From an uncultured bacterium (GTDB lineage Bacteria > CSSED10-310): a DNA stretch of 64,000 bases. Shown here piece by piece: positions 9,251 to 19,638 of the stretch. Below the pieces are notes generated by a model. It ran no database searches. It was given only the letters and a program-made list of their open reading frames with translations, and was not told the DNA's origin. The DNA lies in the NCBI GenBank assembly GCA_964404285.1, contig CAYOJK010000001.1, positions 83,797 to 147,796 of the forward strand, in the 5' to 3' direction. Position numbers and translations under genes: made by a program. The stretch's first letter is position 1. The number at the start of each line of letters is the position of its first letter.

Positions 9251-10677
9251 TAGTTAGCCCCCCATCCATAACCTCGTTTGACGATTGTCGGAATGTCGAT
9301 CAGTCCATACCCGTATTTTTCATCGAAACCTTTTGGCCCAAGATCCAAACTGGTCTCTTTGATTGCCTGCAGAAACTCATCAGGCCCCCCGCCCATGCGC
9401 GATACAAACAAAGCGGCTGCCGCTGAAACATGTGGAGTTGCCATAGATGTGCCTTGATAAAAATAATATCCGAATTTTTGAGGGTTCCCCTTCGCGATAG
9501 TTTGTTGAAGAATCCCATCTGGATAGCCATCTTTGTTTTGGTCCACATTGATATCTCCGCCCGGAGCCACACACGTCAACTCAGGCCCATAATTCGAGTA
9601 GTAGGCATTTTTTTTGTCATAACGAATAGCTCCCACTGCAATACATTGATTAAAAGCAGCTGGGTAAGACACTCCACCGGTATACCAGGTTTCATAAGCG
9701 TCATTGCCGGATGCCGCCACCAGGATAACGCCTTTGTAATAAGCATACGCAATCGCATCCCGGACGACTTTTCCACCATCGCTGCCAATAGGGAATCCAA
9801 GGCTCATGTTGATGACCTTTGCCCCATTATCAGCAGCCCAACGAATACCCTGCGACAGCGTTCCAGAAGACCCCACCCCTTTTGAATCCAACACCTTAAC
9901 CGGCATCAACGTGCTGCGATAAGCCAAACCGGCAACGCCTATACCGTTGTTAGTCGCTTGAGCAATAGTGCCGGCAACATGCGTTCCATGACCTTCATCG
10001 TCATTGGCATGACTGGTGTTATCAATAAAATTGTACGGATGCGTAAAGGCAATTCCAACCAGGTCGGGAGCAATGGTGTATGAACCATAATTTTCATAAG
10101 CTATACCGCTATCCAAGACTGCGACCACAACTTCACTTTTTCCCCCATTAGTCAATAGCCAGGCGTTTTCTGCACCAACATGCCTGAAATTCCATTGCAT
10201 GGAATAATAGGGGTCATTGGGTATCTTGGACATATAACACAAGTAATCGAATTGAGCGGATTCAACCGAGGGAAGCTGTTGGATATCCGATAAAAACTGC
10301 TCAACAGTTTTATCCGAGGGAACAGGAATCTGAACATAATCCGGCACAATCATATTGATCAAAGCCGATTGATTTACCCCTGCGCTGACTAATTCATGAA
10401 CCAAACCAATTTGACCGCTCTCCTGTCGGTACTTAACCAATATTCTATCTGCTCGATAAGCCCATTCCCCCTGCTTTCGAACAGTTCTTTCAGAACCCGA
10501 AACATGAACAGCCAGATCGTATCCGTCAATTATTCCATCTCCATTATAGTCATATTTCGCATTATAGCTGTCATCTCCAATTCGCGACTGAAAAGATCTG
10601 TCAAACCCGTTTGCCACCATTGGCGGGACAAATAACCAGGCCAAAATTAATGTCAAAATGATCTGTCGCCCTGCCAT
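9250..10677 (-). CDS. secreted subtilisin-like serine peptidase (S8 family)
   Basis: 475-aa ORF with the catalytic triad motifs VAVLDSGI (Asp), HGTHVAGT (His) and GTSMATPHVSAAAAL (Ser). It has a signal peptide and an N-terminal dockerin/EF-hand-like segment (DYNGDGIIDGYD). Confidence 0.9.
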   Translation of the reverse strand: MAGRQIILTLILAWLFVPPMVANGFDRSFQSRIGDDSYNAKYDYNGDGIIDGYDLAVHVSGSERTVRKQGEWAYRADRILVKYRQESGQIGLVHELVSAGVNQSALINMIVPDYVQIPVPSDKTVEQFLSDIQQLPSVESAQFDYLCYMSKIPNDPYYSMQWNFRHVGAENAWLLTNGGKSEVVVAVLDSGIAYENYGSYTIAPDLVGIAFTHPYNFIDNTSHANDDEGHGTHVAGTIAQATNNGIGVAGLAYRSTLMPVKVLDSKGVGSSGTLSQGIRWAADNGAKVINMSLGFPIGSDGGKVVRDAIAYAYYKGVILVAASGNDAYETWYTGGVSYPAAFNQCIAVGAIRYDKKNAYYSNYGPELTCVAPGGDINVDQNKDGYPDGILQQTIAKGNPQKFGYYFYQGTSMATPHVSAAAALFVSRMGGGPDEFLQAIKETSLDLGPKGFDEKYGYGLIDIPTIVKRGYGWGAN

Positions 10678-10804
10678 ATTTATTTCCTTTCAAAGCCAAA
10701 CCGTGCTCATTATAAGTCTTGATTTCATTTTTTTTCAATTAAATCGGTGTAATTGTATTTACCCACCTTGCATGGTATAGACAAATTCAGGGGGTTTTAT
10801 CATT

Positions 10805-11620
10805 ATGAATGAGGAGCAAGCGTCATCTCTCTTCCTTGAACTTTTGAACATTATTCGGACTCTGCGGAGTCCGACCGGTTGTCCTTGGGATCGCAAACAA
10901 ACACATCAAACTCTGATTCCTTATATGCTGGAAGAAGCCCATGAAGCTGTCGCCGCCATTGAAGAAAACAACATGGCCGCCCTGGCGGAGGAACTCGGTG
11001 ATGTTCTGTTGCAGGTCGTATTACATGCCGAAATAGCTTCTGAACGTTTAGAACAAGGTCTGACTGACGGATTTGATATCCAAACAGTATTAAAGGCCAT
11101 AAACTCTAAGTTACGGTATCGCCATCCACATGTTTTCGATGATTTAAAAGTTGAAACCAGCCAAGAAGTTGTTGAAAACTGGACCAAACTCAAATATCTC
11201 GAGCATAAAAGTGATTCAGATGAATCCATTTTAGATACGGTTTCCACTGCCCTGCCGCAACTCACTGCCGCCTGGAAATACCAGGTTCAAGCGGCTCTTA
11301 CCGGTTTTGATTGGGATAACATCGAAGATGTTTTGTATAAAGTTGAAGAGGAATTCCACGAATTAGTGTACGAGATCAAACACGACGAAGGTAAGGAACG
11401 GATCGAAGATGAAGCAGGGGATTTGTTGTTTGCCATCGTAAACCTATGCCGATTTTTGGATGTCAACCCTGAAGACGCTCTGCGTAAGGCGAATAAAAAA
11501 TTCAAACATCGGTTTACTCGTATTGAAAAGCGTTTGGGTGGAGCTGAAAAGATGAAGTTGATGAGTGTAGAAGAACTCGATTTGGAATGGGATAACGTCA
11601 AGCAAGAGGAGACTGAGTAG
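10805..11620 (+). CDS. mazG: nucleoside triphosphate pyrophosphohydrolase MazG
   Basis: 271-aa ORF with tandem MazG domains (RSPTGCPWDRKQTHQTLIPYMLEEAHEAV and EEEFHELVYEIKHDE). Confidence 0.9.
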   Translation: MNEEQASSLFLELLNIIRTLRSPTGCPWDRKQTHQTLIPYMLEEAHEAVAAIEENNMAALAEELGDVLLQVVLHAEIASERLEQGLTDGFDIQTVLKAINSKLRYRHPHVFDDLKVETSQEVVENWTKLKYLEHKSDSDESILDTVSTALPQLTAAWKYQVQAALTGFDWDNIEDVLYKVEEEFHELVYEIKHDEGKERIEDEAGDLLFAIVNLCRFLDVNPEDALRKANKKFKHRFTRIEKRLGGAEKMKLMSVEELDLEWDNVKQEETE

Positions 11621-11624
11621 GCAG

Positions 11625-13682
11625 TCAGTGGATTTCTACGGGTTCGAGTTCAACCCGATTTCTGCCACGTTCTTTTGCTCGATATAATGCTTCATCAGCA
11701 ACCGCAATCAGAGTGGCTGCATCAGCGCCATGCTCTGGAAAACATGAAATTCCGATACTGACGGTTATATTCAATATTTGATCACGTATTTTAATCTTTT
11801 GCTGATCACTTGCTTTCCTGATTCGTTCCGCAATTTTCACTGCCATTTTTGGTTCACATTGTCTCAGTACAATGGCAAATTCCTCGCCTCCATACCTGGC
11901 GACAATATCGATTTCCCGAGCGTGTTGTTTCATCACCTTTGCTAGATGTATCAGGACCTGATCACCAGCTTGATGACCAAAAGTATCGTTGAACCTTTTA
12001 AAATGATCGATATCCAGAAGCAGCAGACAAAATCTCATTGGCTCGCGACGAGAAATAGCAATCAATTCCGACATCCGTTCCTGAAAGCGTCGGTGATTAT
12101 TCAATCCCGTCAAACCATCGGTTTCGGCCAGTTTTTGAATTTTCAGCAGATTTATAACATTTTCCAAGGCAACCCCCAGTTGAGCTGCCAACATCGCAAA
12201 TGCGTCCTTATCTATTTGAGTATAATAATTTTTTCTTGTCGAGCCTAAAAATAACATACCTTTTAGATTGTTTTGCATCGGCAAGGCGACAAACATCATG
12301 CTGTTCAGATCAATTCTTGGTTCACCAGCATAAAAAACAGGGATTCGATCATTTCGCATCTCTTCATACGTCGGAATCAGCACATCGTTTTGCGATTGCA
12401 TGAGTTTACCGGATAGGGAATCTGATTCAATTTCAGCTCCGATCATCCTGGTCAACGTTTCGCCTTCAGCATGTTCAATTGAGCCTGTTCCTCCTTCGTG
12501 CGGAACAACAACAGCAACCTCTTCACTTTGTTTGAACATATTACTTATCTGAATCAGTTTTTCGAGACGCGTTTTTAGATCGAGTTTTGTCTGTATCATG
12601 TCCCTGACAGCTTGATAAAACCCTCCCATATATCCGGCATAAAGGTCTTTTCGTAAGAATATCCGGTAGGTCATGATGAGACTGGCTGCCAAGTTTGAAA
12701 ACATCGCTAAGATCTTGTCTTCATTCTCACCAAACGAAATATTGACTTTAGAATCAACGACAAGTAAGCCTTCCACTTTGTCATTGATCAAAATGGGATG
12801 GACAATACAAGACTGTATTCTCTCCCCCCCAGCATAGTACTCAGGAGTTTGTCGTTCTTTAGGCACCCGATCATATTTCAGCTTTTTTCCATTCTTATAA
12901 ACATGAGACAGAATACCTGGGACAGTTGGATCGATGACTGTGTTAGGTTCGAAAAAGCGAGATCTGGTTTTATATGCTTGAATTTTTAAAGTATTGTCAC
13001 GCTCATCCAAACAGAAAAATATACAGGAATAAAAGGAAACCATCGTATTGATGATTTCAGTGAGTTCCGCTAGAAGCTCGGATAATTTGAATTCGTTTGC
13101 TGCTGATTTAACGAAACGTGTCTCTGTATCTAGATCTGGAATTTCATCCGACAGCAGATTTTTCTCAGCTTGGGACCGAAACTCATCAATTCTTTTCAAT
13201 GTCCCATCATATCTGGCCAAGATAGATTCTTTTTCTCTAGATTGAACCCGTGTCAATAACGCTAAAGCTATACAGAAGATTGCCAACCAGACAAACTGAT
13301 TAATGGATATAAAGCCGCCCCAAGCGCTGGATCCTGTCAAGCAAACCAGAATCACTGAAACAGTGACAGCTTCTTGGAAACGAAGACTAAAAAAAGCGAA
13401 CAATACTGTTACATAAAGCAGAGGAAATATGTCAACAGCTTGTAATGCATAGATTTGCCAGATGGTGCCTATCGCCAGAGGGAAAACCCATTGAAAACGG
13501 AACTCGTCGGCTTGGCCTCCTAGGACTAGTTTGAAGAAGGAGTAAATACAAATCGAGGTGACTACGATAAGCCAAAGGGGATGAAGCGCAAGTGGGTGTC
13601 CTATTATAAAAGAAACACACAATACAATAACGGCAAATCCTGGGATAATGTGTTCAATTGAATGAATAGCGCCAGATTTCAA
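11625..13682 (-). CDS. membrane-anchored GAF-domain diguanylate cyclase (GGDEF)
   Basis: 685-aa ORF with N-terminal transmembrane helices, GAF-like central regions and a C-terminal GGDEF domain (RYGGEEFAIVL, DHFKRFNDTFGH). Only a TTG start is available, so the start is uncertain. Confidence 0.85.
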   Translation of the reverse strand: MKSGAIHSIEHIIPGFAVIVLCVSFIIGHPLALHPLWLIVVTSICIYSFFKLVLGGQADEFRFQWVFPLAIGTIWQIYALQAVDIFPLLYVTVLFAFFSLRFQEAVTVSVILVCLTGSSAWGGFISINQFVWLAIFCIALALLTRVQSREKESILARYDGTLKRIDEFRSQAEKNLLSDEIPDLDTETRFVKSAANEFKLSELLAELTEIINTMVSFYSCIFFCLDERDNTLKIQAYKTRSRFFEPNTVIDPTVPGILSHVYKNGKKLKYDRVPKERQTPEYYAGGERIQSCIVHPILINDKVEGLLVVDSKVNISFGENEDKILAMFSNLAASLIMTYRIFLRKDLYAGYMGGFYQAVRDMIQTKLDLKTRLEKLIQISNMFKQSEEVAVVVPHEGGTGSIEHAEGETLTRMIGAEIESDSLSGKLMQSQNDVLIPTYEEMRNDRIPVFYAGEPRIDLNSMMFVALPMQNNLKGMLFLGSTRKNYYTQIDKDAFAMLAAQLGVALENVINLLKIQKLAETDGLTGLNNHRRFQERMSELIAISRREPMRFCLLLLDIDHFKRFNDTFGHQAGDQVLIHLAKVMKQHAREIDIVARYGGEEFAIVLRQCEPKMAVKIAERIRKASDQQKIKIRDQILNITVSIGISCFPEHGADAATLIAVADEALYRAKERGRNRVELEPVEIH

Positions 13683-13698
13683 AGTCTGTTACACTCAA

Positions 13699-14052
13699 TT
13701 ACCGTTCATGCTTTTCCTGTTCAGTTTTACAGTGAATACAAAGGCTTGCGACCGGCCTCGCTTCCAACCTTTTTATATCGATATTTTCACCGCATCCCTC
13801 ACACAACCCATATGTTCCATTTTTGATTTTGAGTAGACAGGCATCAATTTTTTGAACCAGTTTCAGCTCCCGATCACGTATTCTCAAAAGAAAATTTCTA
13901 TCCGCCTCTTTGTTAGCCAAATCACCATAATCACCTTTGCGAGATAATTCTTCTGATAACGATTCCGATATTGCATCACTGGTTTCATGTAGCAGTGTGT
14001 TTTTCCATTCCAACAGTTTGTTTTCAAAATATTCAAGCTGTTTTTTATCCAT
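13699..14052 (-). CDS. DksA/TraR-family C4-type zinc-finger transcription factor
   Basis: 117-aa ORF with a coiled-coil N-terminus and the C-terminal CxxC-N17-CxxC finger (CEGCGENI...CIHCK). Confidence 0.85.
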   Translation of the reverse strand: MDKKQLEYFENKLLEWKNTLLHETSDAISESLSEELSRKGDYGDLANKEADRNFLLRIRDRELKLVQKIDACLLKIKNGTYGLCEGCGENIDIKRLEARPVASLCIHCKTEQEKHER

Positions 14053-14181
14053 GAAAATACCCTCCGAATTAAATCCGCAGTAATCAAGATGAATGATTCT
14101 ATTCAGGTCATCTTAATGTGTCAAGAACCTGAAGGATTAAATTCAATTTCATCCGAAATATAATCATGCTAGACTGCTTTT

Positions 14182-16443
14182 GTGAAAATTTCAGATCAGA
14201 AACGAAAGATATATTTATTCTGTGCGACCTTTATCGCTTCGTTTGCGCTTTTTCTGTTGTCATCTCCATCCGATGCTGTCTCCGGCGCTAATACCGGTGA
14301 ACTCATTGCAGCCGGCGATACATTGGGTATCGCACATCCAACTGGATATCCTACCTGGACATCGATCGCTCACTTTTTTACAAATACAATCCCGCTTGCG
14401 GATAAAGCTTTCCGTACCACCCTTTTTTCCATAGTCATCGGATGCCTGACTCTACTGTTCACCTATGCCATTCTTATATCGCTCTTCAGAAGCAGTTGGT
14501 TTGTTCTGCCCATACTGGCGGCTGTTGCCGTAGAACCTCTGTTCTGGATTCAATGTGTCTCTGTTGAAGTTTACGGATTTCAAATCCTCCTAACCACGAT
14601 ATTTCTTTACGCTCTTGTCAAAAACAGAACAACTGCCGACGTCCGCTTTGCTTTTCTTGCCGTTTTTACCATTGCCTTGGCTCTGACCAACCATTTGATG
14701 TCCATTTTTTTCTTACCCTTGCTTCTGTTAATCGACTCCAAACACTGGACTTCGATCAAACACCGGCGACACTTTATAACCACAGGAGTTTTGTTGTTCA
14801 TTTTAGGACTGGCTCCTGTTCTCTATCTGCCAATACGCGCCGCTGGCAAACCTCTGTTTTGCTGGCACAATCCGTCTGATTTTCGCGCTTTCATCGCACA
14901 TATCACCGGAAGACAATTTCACGGCCTTGCAACCGGATTCACTCTGGAATTGCTGCTTTCACGTCTGGGATCGATTCCCAAAGAAATTCAGACGCCTATC
15001 CAATTCCTGTTCTGGCTGATCGGAATCCCAGGACTGATTCTTGCCCGAAAATCTTTCTCGGGGAAAGTTGAGCGCAATGCTGTGGAATTGTTTCTGATCG
15101 GTATCATTTTATTTCCTCTTGTTTACCCTATTCACGATATCGATTCTTACTTTTTGCCATTTGTTTGGTTGCTGTATATTGCTTCCAGCTTACTTCTATC
15201 ACGTATCAAAATTTCCGTCTTAAACAAAAATCACTCTATAGATATTCTCACCGCTGCACTGATCGCTGGAATTGGCATTACCTTTTCTCTTCCTGAAGTC
15301 CGATTGCTGAAAAAGACACTATTGCGAAGTTACGGAAAACTAATGCTCGCTTCTGTGCCCGGTACAAGCACCTTTTATTATCAGGGCGATACGGCGATGA
15401 ACAGCATCGCTCTATTGACGGCTGTCGAGCGTTTTGCTGATGACCTAGCGCTGGTGGATAGAGGTCAAAACCTTCAGCCGATCTCATTCGGTCGAAAGCG
15501 ACCTGCAAAAGACGCAGTTGCAACTTCGTTTCGGTTTTTTCAGGAGTATCCGGTATTCAGCCCGAATGGAATGGCTTTTATTTCCCGCGATTTTCAGTAT
15601 CGGTCGGAGGACATCGTCAATCTAAGCAAAAAGCTGCTATTGAACCCTTTAGCGCCGAAAAGCCGCTGGAACCCTTATCGTAATGAGCTGCAAAATCAGG
15701 TGTTATTGAATCTGGCAGACAATGAACTTGAATTCGGCAACTGGGATGATGGTATCCGCTATCTGAAAACCGCTTTCGAACACGCAACGACAACTGAGTT
15801 CAAACGTTATGTCGCTCTAACGATGGCGGAACGCGGCCAAATCGACCTGGCCATCGAAATGAATCAACGCATACTGGAAAATGCTCCAAAAGACCGTTTA
15901 GCCCTGAATGCTGTCGCATCCTATCACTACCTTATCGGAACGGATCTGGAAACGGCGGAAAACTATGCTTACCGCAGTGTGCAGATAAAACCTCCGTTTC
16001 CTGACAGCGTGGTCACGTATTATCGAATTTTGCTGGCCGGAGGCAAGCTCGATACCGCCACCGAAATTGAAACGCAATACCCTCAATTTATCGACTCATC
16101 CTTGACCATGCAAAGGGAACTCCTCTCGCGTTTAGCCAGCAAAATACCTATCGATGTGCAGGCGGATTTAACGCCCACCCAAATAACGGAAATCCTCGAT
16201 AAACTGCCACTGCCGGCTCTGCGTCACCATTATCGACTATTGATGATCAAAAAGCTGGTGAGCGGAGCTTTTACTCCACAGGATTTTATTCATTTTGCAG
16301 AGCTATCCGAAAACCTGGGATACACAAATGCGGCGCTCTACCTTTTAACGCATTACACCGGCCACTATAACGCTGATGATTATCGCGACATCGTGAACCA
16401 ATTGCAGAAAAAGTGTTTTAACTTGTCATTGGTAACCCAGTAA
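14182..16443 (+). CDS. polytopic membrane protein with C-terminal TPR repeats (DUF2723/GT-C-like putative glycosyltransferase)
   Basis: 753-aa ORF with ~11 predicted TM helices in the N-terminal 400 aa and TPR-like repeats in the C-terminal third; GTG start. Confidence 0.6.
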   Translation: MKISDQKRKIYLFCATFIASFALFLLSSPSDAVSGANTGELIAAGDTLGIAHPTGYPTWTSIAHFFTNTIPLADKAFRTTLFSIVIGCLTLLFTYAILISLFRSSWFVLPILAAVAVEPLFWIQCVSVEVYGFQILLTTIFLYALVKNRTTADVRFAFLAVFTIALALTNHLMSIFFLPLLLLIDSKHWTSIKHRRHFITTGVLLFILGLAPVLYLPIRAAGKPLFCWHNPSDFRAFIAHITGRQFHGLATGFTLELLLSRLGSIPKEIQTPIQFLFWLIGIPGLILARKSFSGKVERNAVELFLIGIILFPLVYPIHDIDSYFLPFVWLLYIASSLLLSRIKISVLNKNHSIDILTAALIAGIGITFSLPEVRLLKKTLLRSYGKLMLASVPGTSTFYYQGDTAMNSIALLTAVERFADDLALVDRGQNLQPISFGRKRPAKDAVATSFRFFQEYPVFSPNGMAFISRDFQYRSEDIVNLSKKLLLNPLAPKSRWNPYRNELQNQVLLNLADNELEFGNWDDGIRYLKTAFEHATTTEFKRYVALTMAERGQIDLAIEMNQRILENAPKDRLALNAVASYHYLIGTDLETAENYAYRSVQIKPPFPDSVVTYYRILLAGGKLDTATEIETQYPQFIDSSLTMQRELLSRLASKIPIDVQADLTPTQITEILDKLPLPALRHHYRLLMIKKLVSGAFTPQDFIHFAELSENLGYTNAALYLLTHYTGHYNADDYRDIVNQLQKKCFNLSLVTQ

Positions 16444-16645
16444 CATTTTTTGTTTGCTTCCTTTTATCCGTAACAACTCAAATTCGCTCCGACCCTTTCA
16501 AACCGGACACGGGTGTCCGCATTTCGGACAGTTCGGACTGTAAAAAACATATAATCTTTATATTTCAACAGGTTATATTTGAACAAAATACGGCATCTCT
16601 CTTGCTCTATACAGGGATGATTTCAGGCATCGAGGAGGAAATGAG

Positions 16646-18217
16646 ATGTTAGCGAAAATTCAAACCAGTTCAATTTTAGGCGTTGATGCTCAACCGGTAT
16701 TGGTTGAGATTTTTATTCGATGGGGTCAATTGCCTTGTTTTCTTACGGTCGGTCTTCCGGATACGGCAGTTCGGGAAAGTAAGGAGCGGATTTTTGCCGC
16801 TTTGAGTCATTCAGGGTATCGTGTTCCGCCGGCCAAAATCACGATCAATCTGGCTCCGGCAGATGTTCGGAAAGAGGGTTCTTCTTTCGATTTGCCTATA
16901 GCGGTCGGCCTTTTATCAGCGATGGAGATTTTACCCGATCGTGAATACCCGGACACACTGATCATTGGGGAGTTATCTTTGGATGGTGATATTCGATCGG
17001 TTCGAGGTGTTCTACCTATTGCCGCCGGCGCCAAAAAACATGGCTGGAAACGCATGATAGTTCCGATTGAAAATGCGCCGGAGGCATCTTTTGTCGATGG
17101 TTTGACGGTTTATGGAGTAAAAAACTTACTGGAAGTCATTCAAATATTGAATGGCGAAAGAACAGTTAAACCTTTCGACAAAACTCTTTTTCAGAATCGA
17201 GAGATCGAGCGTAACACCGATATTGATTTTTTCGATGTCAAAGGCCAAGAGCATGCGAAGCGTGCAATAGAAGTCGCTGCCGCCGGAGGCCACAACATTA
17301 TTCTGATCGGGCCTCCCGGTTCAGGTAAAACCATGTTGACGCGGCGTCTTCCGACGATTTTACCCGCGCTGTCTTTGGAAGAAGCGCTTGACATATCCAA
17401 AATACACTCGATTTCCGGTCTGATCGATCCTGGGCAGGGGTTGGTCTTTACGCGGCCGTTTCGAGCGCCTCATCATTCGATATCGGATGCGGGGTTGATC
17501 GGCGGCGGCAGTTATCCGATGCCGGGGGAGGTCAGTCTGGCTCATCACGGGGTATTGTTTTTAGACGAAATGCCGGAGTTCAGACGTCATGTTCTGGAAG
17601 TCATGCGGCAACCGCTCGAAGACGGTGTTGTCACATTGACGCGGGCTCTGGCATCAGTGACCTACCCGTCCCGCTTCATGCTGGTCGGAGCAATGAACCC
17701 CTGCCCATGTGGTTATTACTCACATCCGGAAAAAACCTGTTTGTGCAGACCGGATATCATCGCTAAATATCTGGGTAGGATTTCCGGGCCGTTGTTGGAT
17801 CGCATCGATTTGCATATCGAGGTCAACGCGGTCAAATTCAGTGATCTGCAGGATCGCCGAAGAGGAGAATCTTCCAAATCCATTCGGGAGCGGGTGGAGG
17901 CGGCTCGAAAGATTCAGCAGGCTCGGTTTTCACAGTCGGCCTCGTTAAATGGCAACCTAGCATCCCATTGTAATTCACATATGTCATCCCGAGAAATCCG
18001 GACTTATTGCAAACTCAATAGTGACGGGTATCGTTTGATGGAACACGCCATGAAAAGGCTGGGGCTGACCGCTCGGGCCTATGACAGAATATTGAAAGTC
18101 GCCAGAACCATTGCCGATCTGGCGGATTCCGAAACCATCGAATCGCATCACCTTGCAGAAGCCATTCAGTATCGTGCGCTGGACAGATCGCACTGGACAC
18201 ACGCGCATACCTACTGA
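16646..18217 (+). CDS. comM: Mg-chelatase-like AAA+ ATPase ComM/YifB
   Basis: 523-aa ORF with an N-terminal Lon-like domain, Walker A GPPGSGKT, Walker [10 protein letters not shown] and a C-terminal ChlI/ComM domain. There is a strong GGAGGA RBS. Its 3' 520 bp recurs at 35.0-35.6 kb. Confidence 0.93.
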   Translation: MLAKIQTSSILGVDAQPVLVEIFIRWGQLPCFLTVGLPDTAVRESKERIFAALSHSGYRVPPAKITINLAPADVRKEGSSFDLPIAVGLLSAMEILPDREYPDTLIIGELSLDGDIRSVRGVLPIAAGAKKHGWKRMIVPIENAPEASFVDGLTVYGVKNLLEVIQILNGERTVKPFDKTLFQNREIERNTDIDFFDVKGQEHAKRAIEVAAAGGHNIILIGPPGSGKTMLTRRLPTILPALSLEEALDISKIHSISGLIDPGQGLVFTRPFRAPHHSISDAGLIGGGSYPMPGEVSLAHHGVLFLDEMPEFRRHVLEVMRQPLEDGVVTLTRALASVTYPSRFMLVGAMNPCPCGYYSHPEKTCLCRPDIIAKYLGRISGPLLDRIDLHIEVNAVKFSDLQDRRRGESSKSIRERVEAARKIQQARFSQSASLNGNLASHCNSHMSSREIRTYCKLNSDGYRLMEHAMKRLGLTARAYDRILKVARTIADLADSETIESHHLAEAIQYRALDRSHWTHAHTY

Positions 18218-18292
18218 ATTTATTCCTCCTCCCTCCTCCTCATTACCATTAACCCTCCAACCGGCACGCCAACCCGGCGTGCCGACCTTTTT
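17696..18292 (+). repeat. Left copy of a ~595 bp direct repeat (comM 3' end + terminator), putative attL of the integrated island
   Basis: The sequence from CTGCCCATGTGGTTATTACTCACATCCGGAAAAAACCTG through the terminator T-run recurs at 35045-35637 with roughly 90-92% identity and no large indels. Confidence 0.85.
18262..18292 (+). terminator. rho-independent terminator of comM
   Basis: GC-rich hairpin CGGCACGCC-aaccc-GGCGTGCCG followed by ACCTTTTT. Confidence 0.8.
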
Positions 18293-18536
18293 GGAAGAAG
18301 AAATAAGGGTGATGAAACGCTGTAAATTACCAAACAGGCATATAAGAAGATCGTTCACACTATCTGGAAACCCAAAACCAAATTGCAAACATTACTTGAC
18401 ACTAACAACGACCGGATTTATTGACATTGTGATCAGGCTATTCCCGATTGCCATTTAACGTGGGATTTAACATGCTAAATAGGGTGGGACGTGATAATTG
18501 CCAAAGGAAAAATCAAGAAACAGATCAGTATCTTAT

Positions 18537-18830
18537 TCACTGTTTCTTTTCTTGCAGAATAAAGATGTTTTTCCTGATCGAGCCTTCATCTACGTTTTTA
18601 GATTTGGTTAATAATGCTGTTTCCAGATTTACGAGCATTTTAAATCTATCGTGACCGCTACTTGCATGACCATCAACATTACATCCGTGTAATTCGTCAA
18701 AATTTGGATACGACAGAACAAGCCCGCTTTTTAAAGAACCCACTACTGATCCACTCCGAGGATCTACAATGTCAATATCTACCATAAGCTCTATTTCACC
18801 TTCTGTTTCTGGGAAAAAAACTTTTGCCAA
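18537..18830 (-). CDS. hypothetical small protein (island cargo)
   Basis: 97-aa ORF with a TTG start only and no recognisable motifs; listed for completeness. Confidence 0.25.
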   Translation of the reverse strand: MAKVFFPETEGEIELMVDIDIVDPRSGSVVGSLKSGLVLSYPNFDELHGCNVDGHASSGHDRFKMLVNLETALLTKSKNVDEGSIRKNIFILQEKKQ

Positions 18831-19097
18831 TTTTGACTCATATAAATAGCTGCGGATATAATGATGATGTGTGCGTAAAAAGTAATTTTCAGGAAAATCG
18901 ATGTTGTATTTTCAAGGGTTTGCGAAGGGGATTCGAGCTAAAAACAGGGTTTTTACATTTGCATCAATGATCAGTAGAAGCCAATATATCAGATGTATTT
19001 TAAAATTTTTCATAACCTCTCCTTTTTACTCGCCTTTTTCATCATGTCCTCAAGATTTTCTTTTATTCGAGCAGGAGTGAAGTGAGGTGGTCAAGTA

Positions 19098-19134
19098 AAA
19101 ACGGACAGAATCATTAAATGTGACAATTTCATGG
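19098..19134 (-). pseudogene. Remnant 5' end of a paralogue of the 167-aa RHS-adjacent (immunity-like) gene
   Basis: About 37 bp here match 27417-27453 at ~85% identity. It encodes MKLSHLMILSVFT followed by a stop, versus MRLSHLTILSVFFMF... for the intact gene at 27451. Confidence 0.5.
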
Positions 19135-19638
19135 CTAAACCGATGGTTCATTATTACTTCTAACACAACGAATCTGTCGAATCATGAAAAGTATCGGGAT
19201 TAGCAAATGCAGAAGAGATGCCCCCAAATAAGCTACTATTTGAAACGTTTCGAACGGCGCTGCAAAGAGATGTTTCCTTGTGTAAAATATGAAAAACAAG
19301 TGAAAGCCTATTGTAAAGTAACAAAACATCACAAGCATGCTATTGGGTTTATTCCAAAAAGCGATCCCAAACGAAATGAGAAGCAACCATAGCAAACCCT
19401 CTGAAGCAGATAGCCAAAACGGATAGTCTAAGTATTCTTCGTCTGATACGTAGCTTTCATTTGATTGAGAGACATAAGTAATGACATCAGGCAAGTAAAA
19501 CAACAAAGCCATGATGGCACAAAAAAGAATCATAGCACCAAATTTAACAAGCTCTTTTGTATTTCGTTTTTCAGGTGTTGGGCTTATCCCATTCGTCCTC
19601 CTTTGCCGTTTGTCAGAAAGCCTCACCTCCTGAAGCAT
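19135..19638 (-). CDS. orphan cassette: small polytopic membrane protein whose N-terminus is homologous to the RHS C-terminal tail
   Basis: With the ATG at 19636-19638 the product starts MLQEVRLSDKRQRRTNGISPT..., matching the last residues of the RHS protein (LQEVKLYDKRQRRTNRLSPT). Three or four hydrophobic helices follow. The six-frame ORF extends to a GTG at 19713. Confidence 0.4.
   Translation of the reverse strand: MLQEVRLSDKRQRRTNGISPTPEKRNTKELVKFGAMILFCAIMALLFYLPDVITYVSQSNESYVSDEEYLDYPFWLSASEGLLWLLLISFGIAFWNKPNSMLVMFCYFTIGFHLFFIFYTRKHLFAAPFETFQIVAYLGASLLHLLIPILFMIRQIRCVRSNNEPSV
19576..19635. repeat. 60 bp direct repeat, copy 1 (matches the RHS 3' end at 27463-27522)
   Basis: TGTTGGGCTTATCCCATTCGTCCTCCTTTGCCGTTTGTCAGAAAGCCTCACCTCCTGAAG versus TGTTGGGCTTAATCTATTCGTCCTCCTTTGCCGTTTGTCATAAAGCTTCACCTCCTGAAG; 55 of 60 bases identical, same orientation. 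Confidence 0.9.

Noticed and set aside
9300-10349. Several 60-150-aa ORFs on both strands inside the S8 peptidase gene
   Set aside because: They are antisense or out-of-frame shadows of a well-supported 475-aa gene with catalytic motifs.
18218-18262. Pyrimidine-rich CTCCTCCCTCCTCCTC tract after comM, checked as a repeat array or CRISPR-like structure
   Set aside because: It is a single low-complexity tract with no spacer/repeat periodicity. It is present in both copies of the comM 3' region as part of the 3' UTR.
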